A DNA stretch of 64,000 nt, from assembly GCA_964247055.1 (NCBI GenBank), contig OZ176054.1:13020001-13084000 (forward strand), written 5' to 3'. The DNA comes from Paragordius varius (lineage: Eukaryota > Animalia > Nematomorpha). The position numbers and the translations under genes are program-made. The notes below the pieces were generated by a model. The model had not been told where the DNA came from. It was given only the letters and a program-made list of their open reading frames with translations, and did no database searches. The first letter of the stretch is position 1; each line of letters opens with the position of its first letter. Positions 12,600 to 25,416 of this stretch are shown here, in pieces.

Positions 12600-15516
12600 T
12601 ATTCCTAAATTTCATTTTTTCCACAGTTTTTATTAACCATGAAATATTTGTCTGAAATGGAGAATTATCAAACCTTAGTGTTATGTTCAGGACATCCGCA
12701 CGGTTTATTCCCAAACATTTGGAATTATGGAACATGTGAAAAAACGGGAAAATTAGGTAATAAACTCTTTTATAAAATTGACAAAAAATTTATTTTTTTT
12801 GATCAGTTGAAAATTGAATACGTACACTATTTTTAAACTTATGCTAACATAAAGAAATACAGCCAAGTTATCCGCGTTTGATTATTACAAATGGCCTGGT
12901 GCTACCAACATGTCAGGAACCAGAAAAGCAGCATGATAGAGCCTACGTTTCAGATTACGAGCGATTATTTGGTTTGAATGTTAGCCAATATGGACAAATG
13001 ACAGCTGGGAGTTTTTGTTACATTGGACCTCAGGGTATAGTCCATGGCACAACTCTAACTTTGCTTAACATAGCTCGAACAAATTTCGGCGTCCAGAATG
13101 TGACTGATCTGGTGGGTAAGGTAACACATAATATTACATACAATATGGATACCTTTAAATATGTTTCAAGTGTGGGTATTGGAACCGGAATTATTTTGGG
13201 GGTGTTTAGGAGAAATATTTTACAAGCTGTCATAAAAGAAAAAAGTTTTTGTAAATTTTTATCATTAAAATTTTTAAACTTACAATTAATATTCATTTCA
13301 TTTCATAGCAAGAGTATTGTAATTATTATAGAGAAGCAAATATTTTGGCCTAAATTATATTTTTGCAGCTATTTTTTCAGATTCCTATCAAAAAAGTTGT
13401 GACATTGGCGGTTTGACCATAATTTTAATAATCAAAACCAGTTATAACCATTGCCCACATATGTTTAGTCGAAGATATAAAAAATTTAACATAAACTAAC
13501 GCCAAAAATGATTTCAGGTTTTAATTCCTTTAAATTTTCTAATGGCAAAAAAATGAAATAGCTTTTTATGAAAAAAAAAATCTTTAGGTATTTGTATCAA
13601 GCGGATTGGGTGGAATGAGTGGAGCTCAAGCTAAGGCTTGCAAAATCTTGTCATGTTTTGGGCTTATTGCTGAAGTAAATTTTATTGCCCCTTAAAAATA
13701 TATATATTTATATATCATGATAAGTTAACTTACCAAAATTTTAGTCATTTAGTAGATGTTGTATGACTCTTGAGGTATAATTTATTTTATTAACAATATT
13801 CATTTAGATAAATAGTGTGACAGCACAAAAAAGATTGAATCAAGGATGGTTGGATGAAGTGAGCGATGACTTGGATTTCTGTATTAACCAAATACGACAA
13901 TATAAACGGGATCTTATAAGCAAATCTATAGCATACTGTGGAAACATTGTGGATCCTCTGGTAAAAATGGGAAAAATTTGTTCTTTTATGTACAAAACGT
14001 ACATGCATTTTTGCTTTATAGCCAAAAAATAATGTTTAGGGCAAAATTGGCAGAACTATATGAAGAAACCGGTGAAAAATTAGTAGATTTTGGTTCTGAC
14101 CAAACCTCTCTTCACAATCCCTACAATGGTGGATATTATCCGGTCGGTTATAGCTGGTTCGAGGCGAATCAGCTATTAGCGACAAAGCCTGAACGGTTTC
14201 AGAGGGAAGTTTGTCAAAGTTTGATACAGCAAGTCACGCATATCAATAGGTTTTATCCTAATCCTTATCTAATAATTTTATGAAATCAAGTTTATTTCTC
14301 CTATTAGAATGACAGAAATGACTGGGTTAGTATTTTTTGATTATGGCAATGCTTTTTTGCTTGAAGCTGCAAAAGCTGGAGCACCAATTTACAAAAATAG
14401 CGATATAGCTTGCAATAATTTTGGAGATACAAATCAAATTGGCGATTCAGTTGAATGGATATATAGATACCCATCCTATGTGGAAAATGTAATGGGTGAA
14501 ATTTTCGCATTTGGGTTTGGGTCTTTTCGTTGGGTATGTATGAGTCAGGATTCGAAAGATCTTGCTTATACCGATAAACTTGCGCTTTCCATCCTTAGGG
14601 AGATTATGAATGAACTAGATTCTAAAATACTTCAGTGCCAACAAAAACAAGAGCAGATGCGTAGCAAAGTTGACCTTTATGCCCGAATAAAATCTTACTA
14701 TGTCGATAATTGCTTTTGGATGGAACACATCATTTCTCAACCTCATGTGGGATACCTCACTGTAGGATCACTGGCCCGGATCCTCTATTCGGACGTTCAA
14801 GGGCGAATACGACTGGCTTGTGCCTTCAATAAGGCCATCGCAGATGGACACATAACGCAACCGATTGTGTGTAGTCGAGACCATCATGATGTTTCTGGGG
14901 CTGATAGCCCTTGGCGGGAAACAGCTAACATTCGAGACGGTTCCAACATGTGCATAGACATGTCCATTCAAAATGTCTTGGGAAACGCGGCCAGAGGAGC
15001 AACTTGGGTAGCCCTTCACAATGGCGGAGGAGTTGGTTGGAACCGTGCAAGCAATAATGGATTAGGTCTTGTGTTAGATGGACAACCGGAAACCGAACAA
15101 CGCATAAAGAATGTTATGATGTGGGATGTATTGAATGGTATGGTACGGAGATGTTGGTCTAATGCTTATAACTATAGCAAAAATGAAATTTCTCTCTCCG
15201 AAAAACGTGGGACATCATTGCCCTTAAGTGAGAAAACGACGTATTACAATGATCTTATAAAGAATTATTTGCAAGAACTTCAAACGGATATCAAGGGCTT
15301 AAAAATAACTTTACCCTTTGGTGAATAAATCAGAGGAAACTTTATTCAAAAAGATATATGTTTATTTATTTGTTTGTTACAATATATATTATATATGATA
15401 ATAATTAATTGCCATATTATTATAAATACTTTGATGTCATCTATAGGTGTTTAAATAATTGACTAATGGTTTTTATTCTTTTTGCCAAAACAATCACAGA
15501 TACTTCCTTTATAAGA

Positions 15517-16489
15517 TTATGTTTTATTGTCGAAATGACAATTGTCATATTTGGAATTTTGGCGTGCGACATATTTTTCGAATTGGAGTTTCCAATCAAC
15601 GATATATTTTGTTTTCCAATCATTGAAGTGTGCTTTCCATTGGATTTCTAGATCACTTAGATCTTCTATTGACAAAAATATATTAGTTAAAAAACATATT
15701 GTCAAATAATATCAAACAAATTCGTTAATCGAATCTGGTTTTATAAAAATATCGACTTACGTGTAGCTAAAGCAAGATCGGGCATAAATTCATTCCAAAA
15801 TGCGCACTCTTTTATACGCGGACCTCGACCAACGTCAAATGCATCGATTGCAATATTCAAATATTCTCTATTATGGGCAGTGTGGATGGGCCATTGTATA
15901 TCGGACCAGGTTCCATCATCGTTTATGTTTGGATTTCTATTTTTTTAAGAAAAACGAAGGATAATTGAAAATTTTTTGGTTAATGGTCATATAGTCTATT
16001 AAAAAATATTATTATACCCAGTTTTAGCAAAATTGGTCCAGAATCGCATCATGAGCCAGCTTAGTTCAATTTCTTTGGGTTTATATCCCTTTGCAGGATC
16101 TAACGGTTCCCCAAATATATAATTGATTTCATCAGCATGCATGACGCCCATCCAAGATGGCCAGGGGTGAGTCGATGATCGGTGAGTATAATAGTATTTG
16201 AACACATTTGCCCCAGATTGGGTGTAGATGAAGGCGCCCATATTGACCCCACAGGTAATAATCTCCGACACTTTTGTCGAACGCATCTAACATTTTCTTG
16301 GGGTCCGAGGGATCCTCCCAATGAGTATACTCATAGAGTATGGCTTTTCGACCAATTTGATTGAATTTCGGAAATAATTCGGGTAAGGCTTTAGCAAAAG
16401 CGTGTCGATGAACGGTCACCGCCTTTTCTAACGGGATAAAGAGATTCGTTAGCTGATAAATGTTAAAATATGTGCCCTCGTCGAAATTT
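15517..16489 (-). pseudogene. ACHE: Acetylcholinesterase 3' fragment, unit 1
   Basis: Begins at NFDEGTYF and lacks the signal peptide and the GESAG serine. A 5-nt deletion in the exon 2 remnant (tattac[tttac]ctgtggg) shifts the frame. Exons 3-4 encode a protein identical to the full gene. Confidence 0.92.
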
Positions 16490-17034
16490 AATATGGGTCT
16501 CCGCAACTCAGAGATTTTAAGTTAAAATTAAATCTTATATTTCAAAAAGTAATTTCTATATCATTTAAAGCGTTTTTAAAATTCCTTGTCCGTATTTGAG
16601 AATCATAAATTAGAATTAAGTAAGAATACAAATGTTTTTTTAATTATCTAATAATATCTATATATGATAACACAAAGGAACATTTAATTAAAATAAATTC
16701 AATCTCTGGTAATATTAGATAATTATTTTTAATAAAAAAAAGATTTATATAGCAATACAATAAATAAATTTTGGCAATTATTATTGTGGTACACATGTCT
16801 TATTCATAGTAGCGTGTGGCATTAAACAATATTAGACCATAAAAGAATAAAAAAATGTTTTTAAAAAAAGGAATATTTATAGGTTTATATAATTAGGTAA
16901 TGTAATGGTAAATAATGATTGGTTATGTTTCGTAATAACAGTTGTTAAAATCCGTAATAAAAAACGATAAAGGAATATTAATAGAATTAAACGAAAGTAT
17001 AAATAAAAATTATAAACGATATGTGAAACCCTTC

Positions 17035-17100
17035 GTCAATAGTAATTGCAGACTAGTTTCGTGCTTGTTAGCACTCATCAGTACGACACAACTATTTGAC
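17035..17100 (-). ncRNA. Minimal type I hammerhead ribozyme, left arm
   Basis: Minus strand reads gtcaaatagttgtgTCGTA-CTGATGA-GTGCT aaca AGCAC-GAAA-CTAGTC-TGCAA ttactattgac. The core is complete, stem II is a perfect 5 bp, stem III is palindromic ACTAGT with a GUC site, and stem I has one mismatch. Confidence 0.8.
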
Positions 17101-17232
17101 TTGGGGTTTTACATTTCGATTTTGTATATATATCCAACTTTGCGATTTTGGTATAATTGCAGTTGATTATACGAATTTAAATTAAATTTAATGGAATTAT
17201 TGCAAAGTTAAATCGATATGTGAAAACCACAA

Positions 17233-17298
17233 GTCAAATAGTTGTGTCGTACTGATGAGTGCTAACAAAAACGAAACTAGTCTGCGATTACTATTGAC
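17233..17298 (+). ncRNA. Minimal type I hammerhead ribozyme, right arm
   Basis: gtcaaatagttgtgTCGTA-CTGATGA-GTGCTAACAAAAAC-GAAA-CTAGTC-TGCGA ttactattgac. The core is complete and stem I pairs fully (TCGTA/TGCGA with one G-U), but stem II is weakened by GC->AA. Predicted cleavage after C17282. Confidence 0.7.
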
Positions 17299-17587
17299 GA
17301 AGGGTTTAACATATCGTTTATTTTTATTTATACTTTCAATTCTATTTAATTATTCTTTATCGTTATATTACGGATTTTAACAACTGTTATTACAAAAACA
17401 TAACCAATCCGTTCATTACCATTATATATCTATACATTGTTTTTACACACCTGTTTCAATACAAAGTAAGTTTATGTGGCGTTAAAAGTATAATGCAAAT
17501 GTTTCAAAATCGAGAATTTTTTTAAACAATAATTTTATTTATTTCAAATTACATCACAGAATAGAGGACATTAAATGGATCCATAAT

Positions 17588-20500
17588 TCAATCATTAGAA
17601 TTTTGTGGCCTAAAACAAATACATAAATTTGTCATGAAGGGTGATGTGTTTGATTTAGTTTTCGATTTTTTGACATTTTTATTGTTGTTTTCTCCAAATT
17701 GATGTTTGGGGCCTTCTACAGGAGTCTTGAATTTAACGCGTGATCCAATATTATCTTCTTGACTATAAAAAATATTCAAAAAAAATTCCTATAAAATTAG
17801 AGATCGGAACCGTCATGAACCAATACATGGTTTTAGGATTTCCAATAAAGCTTTATTCTTTAAGTTATGTCACATTGTGTTAACATACGGTATAAATTGA
17901 GATTATACGGACACTTAAATATATAGGCAAATCTTTTTTTAAAAGAACGCTATACTGTTAACCTGATTTTTTTAAAATATAAACCATTGTTTGTAAAAGG
18001 AAAAGAAATAAACAACTAAATTTTTTCCTAGTAATATTACAAACATGCTTTTTTTCATTTCTCATTTAGAATATTTTTAATATTTATTTCAATTATTTAC
18101 ATCTGACAACTTGTATTGATCGAAATATCCATACTTTAAATAAATTCAATTATTGTTGAATTATAATTCCAATATTAAAAGAATTATGTATAAATTGTAA
18201 TTAAATAATTTATATAGGAAAATTAGGGTTTACAAAAGTATGTCTTTTTACCAAAAAGCCTGTATTTAAATTTCACAATTTGTGTGTATTAATTTTTACT
18301 GCATATTTCTAAATCTAAATAACCGAACCATTTTCGGCAAAAAAACTATTCCGAATCCCATAAACGATCCCACTTTCCAATCTCAGAATAAAAATCAATT
18401 AATAGTATTAAAATTTTGAATGACTTTTTATTTTCCTTAAAAACTTATATTTAACTAAATGCGATTTTACTAGTGTATCATTTAGATTGAATAAGGGATG
18501 CTCATTGCTAAATTTTAACTTATTGTCCATTTAAAAATAGAGATAAAATTCAAATCATCATAAATGATTCCTATCCATATACTCATTTTTCCAATATACG
18601 TCCATTTTTATCAATTTTATTTAAAAATCCCATTTACAAAATATAAGCATTTATATACATTCATACCTTACAAGCTCATCACTTTTCATTGGATGGTAGG
18701 AGGGAAAACCTGATTCGAGTCCCCCCACACTCCGATCTAACATAACAGCGCTTGAAGTGAAATCTTCAAATCCGGATTCTTTTTTAGCATGCATTTTCTG
18801 TTGCTGTTGTCTTTTATTGGCAAAAAAATCCATGTAATTTTCATCATGTCCAACCATATTGTTGTCATTCATGTTTTGCCCCATTAAATTTTTATTTACA
18901 GGCATTACTGGCCATGCTAAATCGCTCGATGCCGATTGACCTATTCGTTTTTCATCTAAACCCTGTTTTTGTTTTATAATTTCAAATGAAAATCTTACGA
19001 AAGTATATTTAATTTTTGTTATAGTTAATTATCCAATAATTACTCTTAATTAGATAATCGGATTAAAATTGTTTTATAAGTTGGAAAGCAAAGTGTTTAG
19101 ATAGGACTACTAGTTAGAGATTGGATATATTAGTGTGCCCTAGTTTACAGACTATTAAGTTGGGCAATAATTAAATAGAAAAAAATATATTCAAAGGGCT
19201 TCGAACCGAAAATATATGAAACCAAAACTGAATTCCTGAGTTTTCGACAAAACCGGTTTCGTTGAGTTCAAGAACCTCCCCGGTTACCTTTTTAAATTCC
19301 CAGTTCTATTTTCACCTTATTTAAACCGGTTCGAAGCCCTGATTAAAGACATTTTTTAGCTTACCACATTTTGCATATCTTGTTTCACATCATCGGCATA
19401 GTAATAGGCGGAAGAAGAAATGTTAGATGGTTTTGTTTCCATATTGGTTGTTGATATTTCTGGCGAGGGAGGTAATTTCCCACTCCAATCAAACATGTAA
19501 TCATATTCCCAACCATAATTTTGCAATAATGTTTCAAATAACTCTTTAAGGTAGGCATAATCTGGCGTTTCGACAAAATCAAGGCCTCTGGCATACCGAA
19601 CCAAAATTTTGAATTCTTCGGGCAAACCCAAACATAGAGTATCCGGATCAATATCTCGTTTCATTTCAGCAATCTTACGGTACTTTTGTTTGGAGGATTC
19701 GGTTTTGATTAACTTTAAGCCTGGACTTGTGGATATTGCATCAAAAATATATATTAGATTTTGGATAAAATTTATATGAAAAAATTAAGATTATACGGAA
19801 AAAACCTAAAAATATAAAGATAAATATTTTTTTCTCACTTTTTTAATCATGAATTTGTGAATTTTTAATAATTGTTAACGATTGCAAAGTATGAGATAGA
19901 ATATATATTGATAACACAATTAATTACATTTTTTTATATTTTGTATATAAAAATTTATAGATTTAAAAAAGAATGGTTGTCTTTTAAAAAAATATTTTTG
20001 CCTTTATATTTTTTCATTTTGTCCGTATAGTTTCAGTTTTTACTGTATATGTGAATAAATATTTACCTTGCCAAGGCAAGGAACCCTTTAGAAAATATAG
20101 GAACATGTAGGCTAGTCCTTCAAGATCATCCCTTCGACTCTGTTCTATTCCAAAATGCGTGTTAACGGACATATATCGGGCAGTTCCAGTCAAGGGTTTC
20201 TGTTCGCGGTTTATGTGTTTACCTGATATACGATATGAGTTGACATAAAAATTTAAATTTTTATTTCATTAAAGAGTTACAGTAAAAATTGAAATTATAC
20301 ATACAAAACATAAAAACATATTTACAACTTTTTTTTAAAACACAACCATACTTTTTTAAACCGTTAGTTTTCCCACATAAACTATTTAATTTGATAAAAC
20401 AATAACTGTGTATCCAATTTACATGCCTATTTCAGATTTTGTGGTTTTTAAAACAATGAGTTTAAATAAATCAAGGATTAAAAAGTATGGTCGTTTTTTA

Positions 20501-21584
20501 AAAAAATTAGAAGTCTTTACGTTTTAGCGTTTTGTCCGCATAACTTATTTCATTTTTACTGTAAATTTTGTATAAATTTATACCATTTTTATCAATGTAT
20601 TCTTTGGCTAATCCAAAATCAACGATCCATATAATTCCCTCAGTACCGTTAGCCCGTTTTCCAATCAAAAAATTTTCTGGCTTAACATCCCGATAAACTA
20701 ACCCATAGTAATGTATAAATTCGATTCGATTTATCATTTGTATAGCAATCATAATCACTGTTTTAAGACTAAACTGTTTATTGCAGTACAGAAATAGGTC
20801 TTGAAGACAGGGTCCTAACAAGTCCATCACCATAACGCGATAGGATCCACAGTGACCAAAATAATATACGCGGGGTATACCTTCGGCATATATCCCATAC
20901 CTAAAAATAGAAATTGTTAAGAAAGAAAAAAAGTCTTAATTGCAGTAAAAATTAAATTAAATCAAATATAAAAGACTACCAACCGCCATACTTTTCCTTA
21001 GTTTTTATAAATACTTATAGTTTTGGGTAAATTTGGAATAGAAATGTAAATTAGTAACACTCTCAATTATACATGAAAATCTTAACAATTAAACTGTATA
21101 GCTTAAAACATTTGTCTGTCTTTATAAAAAATATTTTTCTTTACGCTTAGTCACCTATTTTATTTATAGTGTGATATAAAATCCAAAATTTTCGATTATT
21201 TCTGCAAGTTATTACGTAACGTTAATACCTTTCATCCTGGTGCAGTCGACTGTACAATTCATATTCCCGTTTTAGTTGAGGAATTTCAGCATTTCCAGCC
21301 TCAATCTTTATGGCAGCTAAAGTGTTTGTAGCTATATGGATACAATATCGCAATTCACCGAACGTACCCGAACCAATGTGCTGAGCTATTTGATATAAAT
21401 TTGGGTTATTTTTTATATTTGTGGTTCCGTTTGATTTTGAAAAACGATCCACACCAACTATACGACCCTGTAATTTGTCTTTTCCGCCACCATGGTGCGT
21501 TTCTGAGGAATTGATATTAACGCTATTATTGGAATGTTTAACCCCTATGTTATAATAGGGGTCCTCCGTTTTCCCGGGACTCAT
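17588..21584 (-). CDS. CSNK1G: Casein kinase I gamma (gilgamesh-like), copy 2; intact, 551 aa
   Basis: Exons 21584-21229, 20900-20584, 20222-20067, 19720-19365, 18962-18667 and 17762-17588 are all GT-AG, phase-consistent and total 1656 nt. Gamma-type motifs are [22 protein letters not shown] and EQSRRDDLE, with a C-terminal cysteine motif (NLCICFRP). Confidence 0.9.
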
Positions 21585-24500
21585 GATTTGAAATCCTAAT
21601 TACATATTAGGTCAATTAAACGAATCTTATTTGAAGATATTTCATTTTCTTAAACAGAAAGTTGGGACCCAAAAATAGTTTTTTTGCCAAATGAAAAATA
21701 AATTATAATATTACTAATAAAAATCACACTAATATCAGTTATAGTAAAAAAGAAATCATTTAATTTAACAATAATGCTATGCCGCGGTTTTAACAATCAC
21801 GTAAATTTGATTTTGTGATACATTTTTATTATATGCTTTATTTTTTTATATTTATTTTGGATTTGATATTCTTAATTATATTTATTAGGTATATCTTTAT
21901 ATTCATAAAAATTGATCATATAAATAGACCTTAACCTTCTTATGTATCTATTTATCAATAAATATAAATAGTGATTTTTTCATTTGTGTAATGTATAAAA
22001 AAATAAGTATATAGAAAACAATATATTTTGGGTAATTCATATTCTTTTGAGATAGATCCAAAGGTAAATTCAAAAAACTAATTCTTATATTATAAATCGC
22101 TCATAATCCGGGATTTATATTTTGATATAATAAAGTATCATGATTATGGCGCTTTTAGTTTGGTTACGAGTTATTAAACAGAGTGTATGATTTTTTTCAT
22201 ACCCAAAATCAAAAAATCGAAAATTTCACACAAATTATGTTATTCACTTATTGGAATAGAAGTAGGAAAAATTGTTTGTTGTATAATTAAGTAATTTTTT
22301 ATATTACTTTGCCATGAAAATAATTTAGCAATAAATCAGCTTATAAATTTGGAAATTAAATTCGGCATATATGGGTAGCATGTGAGAGAACTTTACATCA
22401 TATACATTTTTTTCATACACTTTAACATCGCTATTGTATATTCGTTTCTATTCTTTACAAACATAATAAATAATCCTTTTACAATGTGAGTAAGAACATA
22501 GAAAAAAGTGATACATGCCTAACATTTTTATTTCGTGCCTCAAAATGCGAAACAGGTAAGGTTTCAAAAAAATTTTTTAACCTAATTTGATTACTAATGT
22601 TAATAGGTGATAAGTAATATAACAAATATCCGTATAATTATTTAATCACGTTCATTATATAATGGTTAATCACTAGGAGTTGGGTGGAGCCCAGCGCAAA
22701 CTGTGAAAAATCAAATTAAAATTTGAAAAAGAAAAAGAGTGATATATTTTATATATCCCTGCTTAAGCTAACCCACATGAAGAAAAAATGAATTTTTAAC
22801 ATATAAAATGGTGTGTATAATTTGAGGTATTAAATGAGAAAATTTCATCCAATATCAAACGATGATTAATTGTTAATCGCCCAATTTAATAGGGTTAAAT
22901 TTTTCAAGGCAGTCTCTATCTAAAAGGTCAAATTATATTAGAAAATCATCATATTTATAAGCGATCTACATTTGCACAACTCTCAATCATAAAACTTTAC
23001 AAGTCCCATTTAATTCAAACAATAACACATACGGCCCTAAAAATGCTTTTTAATGGCCTCAATTAATTTTTTTGCATCTAAAATGTCTACAAATATGTCA
23101 AGCAATATAAAATTTATGGTATTAATTTAAAGTAAGCGGCCTTTGAAACAAGATAAATAATTTTCTCGGCCCTTTAAATTTTTTGGTGATTACACTGATT
23201 TAGAAGTTATCCAATGAAATATTGTTTTTGCATTAATTTTACACAAAAAACAAAAATCATCAATCACCATCATATATCCGACTGAATATATCAATTATAG
23301 TTGGTAAATTGCTAATCAAGGGATTATATTATTATTATTATTCATTTTCATAACAAATATGACCTTTAAAATATTATCCATATGGTTATTTATTTAAAAT
23401 AAAATTTAAATAGTTTTTATTAGTGCCGGGATTCCATTAAATCCTCTTCCTCCACCATATAATGAGAAATCCGTATCAGCTGATATTCTCCGAGCCCCTT
23501 TTCGAAACAATGGACTAACTAAGCGAGAAAAAACGGTTAGAATTTTATTTTGGACTAACTTTTCAAATTTGAAGAATTTGTTTTAAATATTTTTGGGGTT
23601 TTAAAAAATTTGTTTGTATTTTTTTAATTCAAGTTAATTGTTTGATTTGAATAGTTATTTTTAACACAAACAATGTAACTAAAAAAACATTTTTTCCAGA
23701 ATCCTGTTAGCTATTCAAACAAAATAAAAATTTAAAAATATTTTTGATTATTAATATTTTGTCTAAAAATATTATTTTTTATATAATGGTAAAATCTACC
23801 TATTTTTTGCCTTTAATATTTTTAGTTTTTTTGCAAAAATCCTTATAACACATGAAAATAATCTTAATTGCATACATTTACGACTATTGATAATATCGCT
23901 TCAGAAAATATTTTAACAATGGACAAAATTTAGTGTGTTGTCAAATAATGATTATGGGTCATTTTCTATTTTACAATAAAACAAATAAAATTAATACAAT
24001 GCGTTGAAGCCATTTAATTTAGTCATAATGAATATTTATTGTAATTGATAATATGTAAACTTACATATTTCTAATATGGCGAATAATTTGTGCAATTATT
24101 TTTTTTAAATAAGCTTCTGTTTGTCTGATGGTCCGCATTACAACAAACACTCAAAAGCTTTAAATTTTTGATTTTTAAAACCTTGTTGTTGCTAAATTAT
24201 ATGGGCCACGTATGAAAGTTAAATTTTCTATTTGATTAGTGTGACTTATTTACTACCGTAAAATAATAATTATGCATTTATATACACAAAATATCGGATA
24301 TACCCAATTCAAGATTAAAAAAATAATATGCACCAACGATCCATAAATGCTATGTGAATTATTTAGGTAAATTCAAGAAGAGGTTTTATGATTTAGAAAA
24401 TCAATTCGGCCTTGAATATAGCGCCAAAAGCATTTTTCCTCTAACAATTTATATTTCCAAACTGATAATATTATTGTATGTTTATATATAGTTGGCAGTT

Positions 24501-25243
24501 AAAAATGTGCTCCGATATTTTCCCGTTTCTTTCCATGAGACGCTTGCCCCAGAATTTATGGAAGAACTTGAAAACAGAGGCCATATATATGCCTATCGAT
24601 TTAAACCTCAGATTAGAATAAAGTTTCTTATATATATTCTTATCCTTTAAACAATTTAGATTTTATTATCTAATTAAAAATTTGTTAATATAATTTAATA
24701 AAAAATTAAAAAATTACAGTAAGAATTGAATACGGACAAAACGTAAAAATATAAAGACAATTTTTTAAAAGACAACCATATTATAAAACTTCCCATATAA
24801 GAAGCTACTTAGTTACAATAGATAAATATAGAATTGATTGTGTTAGTATTTTATATTACTCTATTTCACACTTTGCCATTTAAAACAATGAGTTATATTG
24901 AAATAAATTAAGATTTAAAAAGTATGGTTGTCTTTTGTGGAAAAAAATATTTGTCTTTATATTTTTACGTTTCGTCCTTCCGTATAATTACAATTTTTAC
25001 TGTATTTATAGGTATTTAATATATATATTTGATAGAGCATATCCCATTCAAGAATACCCAGGAAAATTGTTGGAATGCAAAGCTATAATGGCAATGATAA
25101 TGAACAACTTGGATCCTGATGTAGCTCAGTTCCCTGAAGAGTTGGTAACCTATGGGTCCAATGGTCAAGTTTTCAGTAATTGGATTCAAGTATTTAAATT
25201 TTAAAATATACATATATAAATATTGTCCGACCATTCATTATTA

Positions 25244-25416
25244 CAGCAGCGTATGGCATGAAACATTATTAATCCATAAAATAATAAAAAAAGGTTTTTT
25301 TTAAAAAAAACAAGGGGATATTATGGATATGTGTATATACAAGCAGGCTTGTCTTTTTAAAAAAACATTTTTTTATTCTTTTATGAACTACTAATGTTTT
25401 ATGCCATACGCTACTG
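25244..25416. mobile_element. Family-C MITE (173 bp, TA-flanked)
   Basis: ta-CAGCAGCGTATGGCATGAAACATTA ... TAATGTTTTATGCCATACGCTACTG-ta. Related copies lie in the spacers at ~30335-30496, ~43895-44022 and ~16806 (truncated). Confidence 0.75.

Larger units (their letters stand above)
9065..15328 (+). pseudogene. UROC1: Urocanate hydratase, copy 1; +1 frameshift in exon 7
   Basis: Nine exons: 9065-9202, 10129-10259, 10692-10845, 12627-12756, 12855-13120, 13588-13674, 13808-13960, then two 3' exons ending at 15328. Exon 7 reads gtggatCCtctg|gt (153 nt) versus gtggatCtctg|gt (152 nt) in units 2 and 4, giving a stop early in exon 8. This could be a sequencing error. Confidence 0.75.
16898..17426. 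mobile_element. Unit-specific ~530 bp inverted-repeat element carrying two hammerhead ribozymes (probably Penelope-like pseudo-LTR derived)
   Basis: Arms of ~220 bp (e.g. gtaataacagttgttaaaatccgtaat / attacggattttaacaactgttattac) surround a short AT-rich centre. The element replaces ~250 bp of spacer found in the other units. The PLE origin is inferred from the ribozyme type. Confidence 0.75.

Noticed and set aside
12421-12735. ORFs with IYIYIY runs (also 48810..49043)
   Set aside because: They are translations of (TA)n microsatellites and MITE sequence.
14768-15651. Short antisense ORFs repeated in several units (e.g. 14768..15019, 15466..15651, 28998..29183, 41859..42089, 54919..55149)
   Set aside because: They are shadows of conserved urocanase or AChE exons on the opposite strand and show no independent protein features.
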